Source: Minisyncoccota bacterium | GTDB taxonomy: Bacteria; Patescibacteriota; Minisyncoccia; Minisyncoccales; JAQTVQ01 | DNA length: 64,000 bases | Assembly (NCBI GenBank): GCA_041657385.1 | Contig: JBBABZ010000002.1 | Coordinates: forward strand, 13,516 to 77,515 | Direction of reading: 5' to 3' | Shown: one piece after another, positions 62,075-64,000 of the stretch | How positions within the stretch are numbered: position 1 is the stretch's first letter | Layout of the letters: every line of letters begins with the position of its first letter | Notes under the pieces: model-generated | The model's database searches: none | What the model was told of the DNA's origin: nothing | The model's input: the letters and a program-made list of their open reading frames with translations, nothing else | Made by a program: the position numbers and the translations under genes

Positions 62075-62149
62075 GGGGACGTAGTGTAGCCCGGTTAACA
62101 CGTCTCCCTGTCACGGAGAAGATCATGGGTTCAAATCCCACCGTCCCCG
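62075..62149 (+). tRNA. tRNA-Asp (anticodon GTC)
   Basis: GGGGACG-TA-GTGT-AGCCCGGTTA-ACAC-G-TCTCC-CTGTCAC-GGAGA-AGATC-ATGGG-TTCAAAT-CCCAC-CGTCCCC-G. Confidence 0.88.
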
Positions 62150-62180
62150 CATCATAGTACATTCGCGAAAAGTCAGCACG

Positions 62181-62208
62181 GCCCCCGCTTCGCGGGGGCT
62201 TTGTTTTG
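62181..62208 (+). terminator. Rho-independent terminator of the tRNA cluster
   Basis: gcccccgc-ttc-gcgggggc followed by tttgtttt. Confidence 0.8.
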
Positions 62209-62301
62209 ACCGGATTTTTTCCACAGGCTGCTCCATATCCTTGGCGGCTTTTTGGGAGTAGAATAAAGGAATAATCAAGTTATAAAATAAAGGTATTTTT
62301 T

Positions 62302-63144
62302 ATGGACAAAAAATTAACAGAGGAGCAAATAAATTCAATAATAGAGAATTCTGCGGTTGCTACTTTTGTGATAGACTCCGGCCATAAAGTCCTTTATTGG
62401 AACAAGGCTTGCGAAATCCTTACCGGCGCAGTTGCCAAAGATATGGTCGGTACAGACAACCAGTGGAAAGCTTTTTATGATCACCAGCGTCCTTGCGTTG
62501 CAGATCTCATTATTGATAAGAAGCCTGGGGAAATGAAAAAACTTTATGAGGTTCAAACAGACTCGGAGCTTGTGAAGGGAGGATTGCACGCCGAAGGATG
62601 GTACCCTAATTTGGGCGGCAAGCGCAAGTATATCATTTTTGACGCTGCTCCGATCTTTGATAAGGGCGGGAATATTACAGGAGCTATTGAGACCTTGCAA
62701 GATGTTACGGAAACTAAAAAAGCTGAAGAAATATTGAGGGAGAAGGAAGAACGGTATCGTTCATTTTTGCAAAATTTTCCTGGAGTTGCTTATTGGGGAA
62801 AAGTCGGCTCTTCGTCCATTTATTTTCATGGTGCAGTTGAGAAGATCACAGGCTACGGAGAAAAAGATTTTTCTTTGGGAAAAATAAGCTGGGATAAAAT
62901 TATTTATCCGGAAGATTTTGGATCAGTCGCTGCATCTTTGGAAAATATCAGTTCTCTTCCAAACCATTTGGCGGAACGCGAATATCGCATCGTGCGCAAA
63001 GATGGAAATCTGCGCTGGGTTCACGAAATGATCCAATATTTTTATGATAACGATAAGCCAGCTTGGATGCAGAGCACAGCATACGATATCACTGAACGTA
63101 AGGAAGCTGAAAAACGCTGCAGTGCGATGGGCGTAAAGTTATAA
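62302..63144 (+). CDS. Tandem PAS-domain protein without recognisable output domain
   Basis: Two PAS-like blocks (IIENSAVATFVID..., and REKEERYRSFLQNFPGVAYWG...REYRIVRKDGNLRWVHE...AYDITERKEAE) in 280 aa. Confidence 0.7.
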   Translation: MDKKLTEEQINSIIENSAVATFVIDSGHKVLYWNKACEILTGAVAKDMVGTDNQWKAFYDHQRPCVADLIIDKKPGEMKKLYEVQTDSELVKGGLHAEGWYPNLGGKRKYIIFDAAPIFDKGGNITGAIETLQDVTETKKAEEILREKEERYRSFLQNFPGVAYWGKVGSSSIYFHGAVEKITGYGEKDFSLGKISWDKIIYPEDFGSVAASLENISSLPNHLAEREYRIVRKDGNLRWVHEMIQYFYDNDKPAWMQSTAYDITERKEAEKRCSAMGVKL

Positions 63145-63195
63145 ACCCATCAATTGGTATTTTTAGGGTATAATCAGCTTTAAAATATTTAAATT

Positions 63196-63501
63196 ATGAA
63201 ATGTCCAATTTGTAATGTTGATCTGTTGATGTCTGACCGCCAAGGAGTAGAGATAGATTATTGCCCCCAATGCCGCGGCGTTTGGCTTGACCGCGGAGAG
63301 CTTGATAAAATTATTGAGCGCAACCAATCAGCGGCTGCTCCAGCGGTTGATGATCGCAGAACCGTGGTCCAGCCCAAGGAAGCTTATCAGGCCCCGAGAG
63401 AAGAATATTATAAGGGAAGCGGCAAAGAACACGACGACCATGATGATGGATATAAAAAGAAAAAAAAGGGAGGGCTGCTGGGAGAGATATTTGACTTTTA
63501 A
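63196..63501 (+). CDS. TFIIB-type zinc-ribbon (zf-TFIIB) domain protein
   Basis: MKCPICNVDL......IDYCPQCRGVWLDRGELDKII, with a disordered charged C terminus ending GGLLGEIFDF. Confidence 0.75.
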   Translation: MKCPICNVDLLMSDRQGVEIDYCPQCRGVWLDRGELDKIIERNQSAAAPAVDDRRTVVQPKEAYQAPREEYYKGSGKEHDDHDDGYKKKKKGGLLGEIFDF

Positions 63502-63507
63502 AATCAG

Positions 63508-63536
63508 CAAAAACCGGCAGGCAGCCGGTTTTTGTT
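63508..63536 (+). terminator. Rho-independent terminator
   Basis: aaaaaccggc-aggca-gccggttttt. Confidence 0.75.
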
Positions 63537-63545
63537 TGCCATTTA

Positions 63546-63574
63546 TTGACTTGCCAATAGCTTTCTCATATAAT
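63546..63574 (+). promoter_or_regulatory. Near-consensus promoter TTGACT-N17-TATAAT for the thrS leader
   Basis: TTGACT at 63546-63551, a 17-nt spacer, TATAAT at 63569-63574. Confidence 0.6.
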
Positions 63575-63580
63575 AAATCC

Positions 63581-63760
63581 ACAATTTAATATGCTTGATT
63601 TTGGCGATTGCTGTGGCCACCAACCATAGTTTATCTTTTAAAGACTAAGTCAAAACAAGCAAAAAGCTGTCCGTTAATTCGGGAAGCTGAGTGGAACCGC
63701 GCGGTTTAGACCTCGTCTCAGCCTATCAAGGATACTTGATAAATTGAGACGAGGTTTTTT
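63581..63760 (+). promoter_or_regulatory. T-box leader (tRNA-sensing transcription attenuator) upstream of thrS
   Basis: T-box-like sequence gctGAGTGGAACCGCGcgg (63686-63703). Antiterminator arms gctgag/ctcagc are mutually exclusive with the terminator acctcgtctca...tgagacgaggt plus T6 (63710-63760). ACC(A) Thr codons occur in ggccACCAACCAtag of the upstream stem region. Confidence 0.7.
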
Positions 63761-63886
63761 ATTATCTGCGTATTTACCCTATCTTCGTTGTTAGGGCAGC
63801 GAGGCCCTAGTCGCCGTACTCTCGCGTACGGCTCCGGCGCGCCTCGCCGTCCTGCCTAGAATCTAGGGCAAATACGCAGATAATAA
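63759..63886. repeat. 128-bp GC-rich palindromic (MITE/REP-like) element between the T-box terminator and the thrS start
   Basis: 22-nt inverted termini ttattatctgcgtatttaccct (63759-63780) and agggcaaatacgcagataataa (63865-63886), one mismatch. The core is self-complementary (tagggcagcgaggc / gcctcgccgtcctgccta; gccgtac-tctcgc-gtacggc). Confidence 0.65.
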
Positions 63887-63919
63887 ATTCAAAAATTATT
63901 AGCATTTAAGAAAATTTAT

Positions 63920-64000
63920 ATGGAAAAACAATTGGAAAAAATAGATATTTTGCGCCATTCCGCGGCCCATGTTTTGGCAGCCGCTGTTTTGGAAATGTTC
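63920..64000 (+). CDS. thrS: Threonyl-tRNA synthetase, N-terminal fragment (runs off the window)
   Basis: MEKQLEKIDILRHSAAHVLAAAVLEMF matches the RHS.AH.LA.A motif at the ThrRS N terminus, and it follows a T-box with an ACC specifier candidate. Confidence 0.7.
   Translation, partial: MEKQLEKIDILRHSAAHVLAAAVLEMF

Noticed and set aside
1-64000. Looked for a defence island, prophage, integrative element or CRISPR-Cas locus
   Set aside because: No integrase, transposase, phage structural, restriction-modification, cas or known defence-domain gene is recognisable. Gene orientation and content are those of a core chromosomal region. The only mobile-looking features are short non-autonomous repeats.

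Overview
AT-rich (judged by eye, not computed), tightly packed bacterial chromosome segment using the standard genetic code. About 75 protein genes are called, almost all on the + strand, plus four tRNAs. Gene content and ribosomal-protein architecture suggest a small-genome Candidate Phyla Radiation / Patescibacteria-type organism. That placement is inference from four things: no rpmD (L30) between rpsE and rplO, Lys-rich extensions on several r-proteins, a minimal [FeFe]-hydrogenase module, and nuclease/ComEC-type DNA-scavenging genes. The right half (41165-58945) is one uninterrupted block: rpsL-rpsG-fusA-(small ORF)-tuf-rpsJ-rplCDWB-rpsS-rplV-rpsC-rplP-rpmC-rpsQ-rplNXE-rpsZ-rpsH-rplFR-rpsE-rplO-secY-adk-map. 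It is followed by galT-like, dedA and tpiA genes, a tRNA cluster (two CAT tRNAs plus Asp), a PAS protein, a zinc-ribbon protein and a T-box-controlled thrS (partial). The left half holds housekeeping and accessory genes: ABC-F ATPase, NERD protein, CDGSH protein, DEAD-box helicase, DUF2339-like membrane protein, OB-fold protein plus thermonuclease, SanA, GH3, MscL, DegV, TspO, a NuoF-like/HydA hydrogenase pair, MacAB-like efflux, MltG, PrmC, UppP, a UvrD-nuclease fusion, PlsY, PdaD, an Rrf2-NifS-NifU-MnmA Fe-S/thiolation cluster, a ComEC-type MBL hydrolase and a divergent adenylate-kinase paralog. I see no transposase, integrase, phage gene, CRISPR array or recognisable defence island. The structure that coding genes do not explain is almost entirely non-coding. 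There are several families of short GC-rich hairpin or palindromic repeats in intergenic spacers and 5' leaders, including two 44-bp copies bracketing rpsL. One MITE-like element has a candidate target-site duplication. A 35-bp tandem array sits upstream of the str operon. Several near-consensus sigma70 promoters feed long structured leaders. One promoter-to-terminator non-coding transcript candidate is unclassified, and both CAT tRNAs are atypical. An orphan Phd/YefM-like ORF lies between fusA and tuf. All functional calls rest on motif recognition in the supplied translations; no database search was run.
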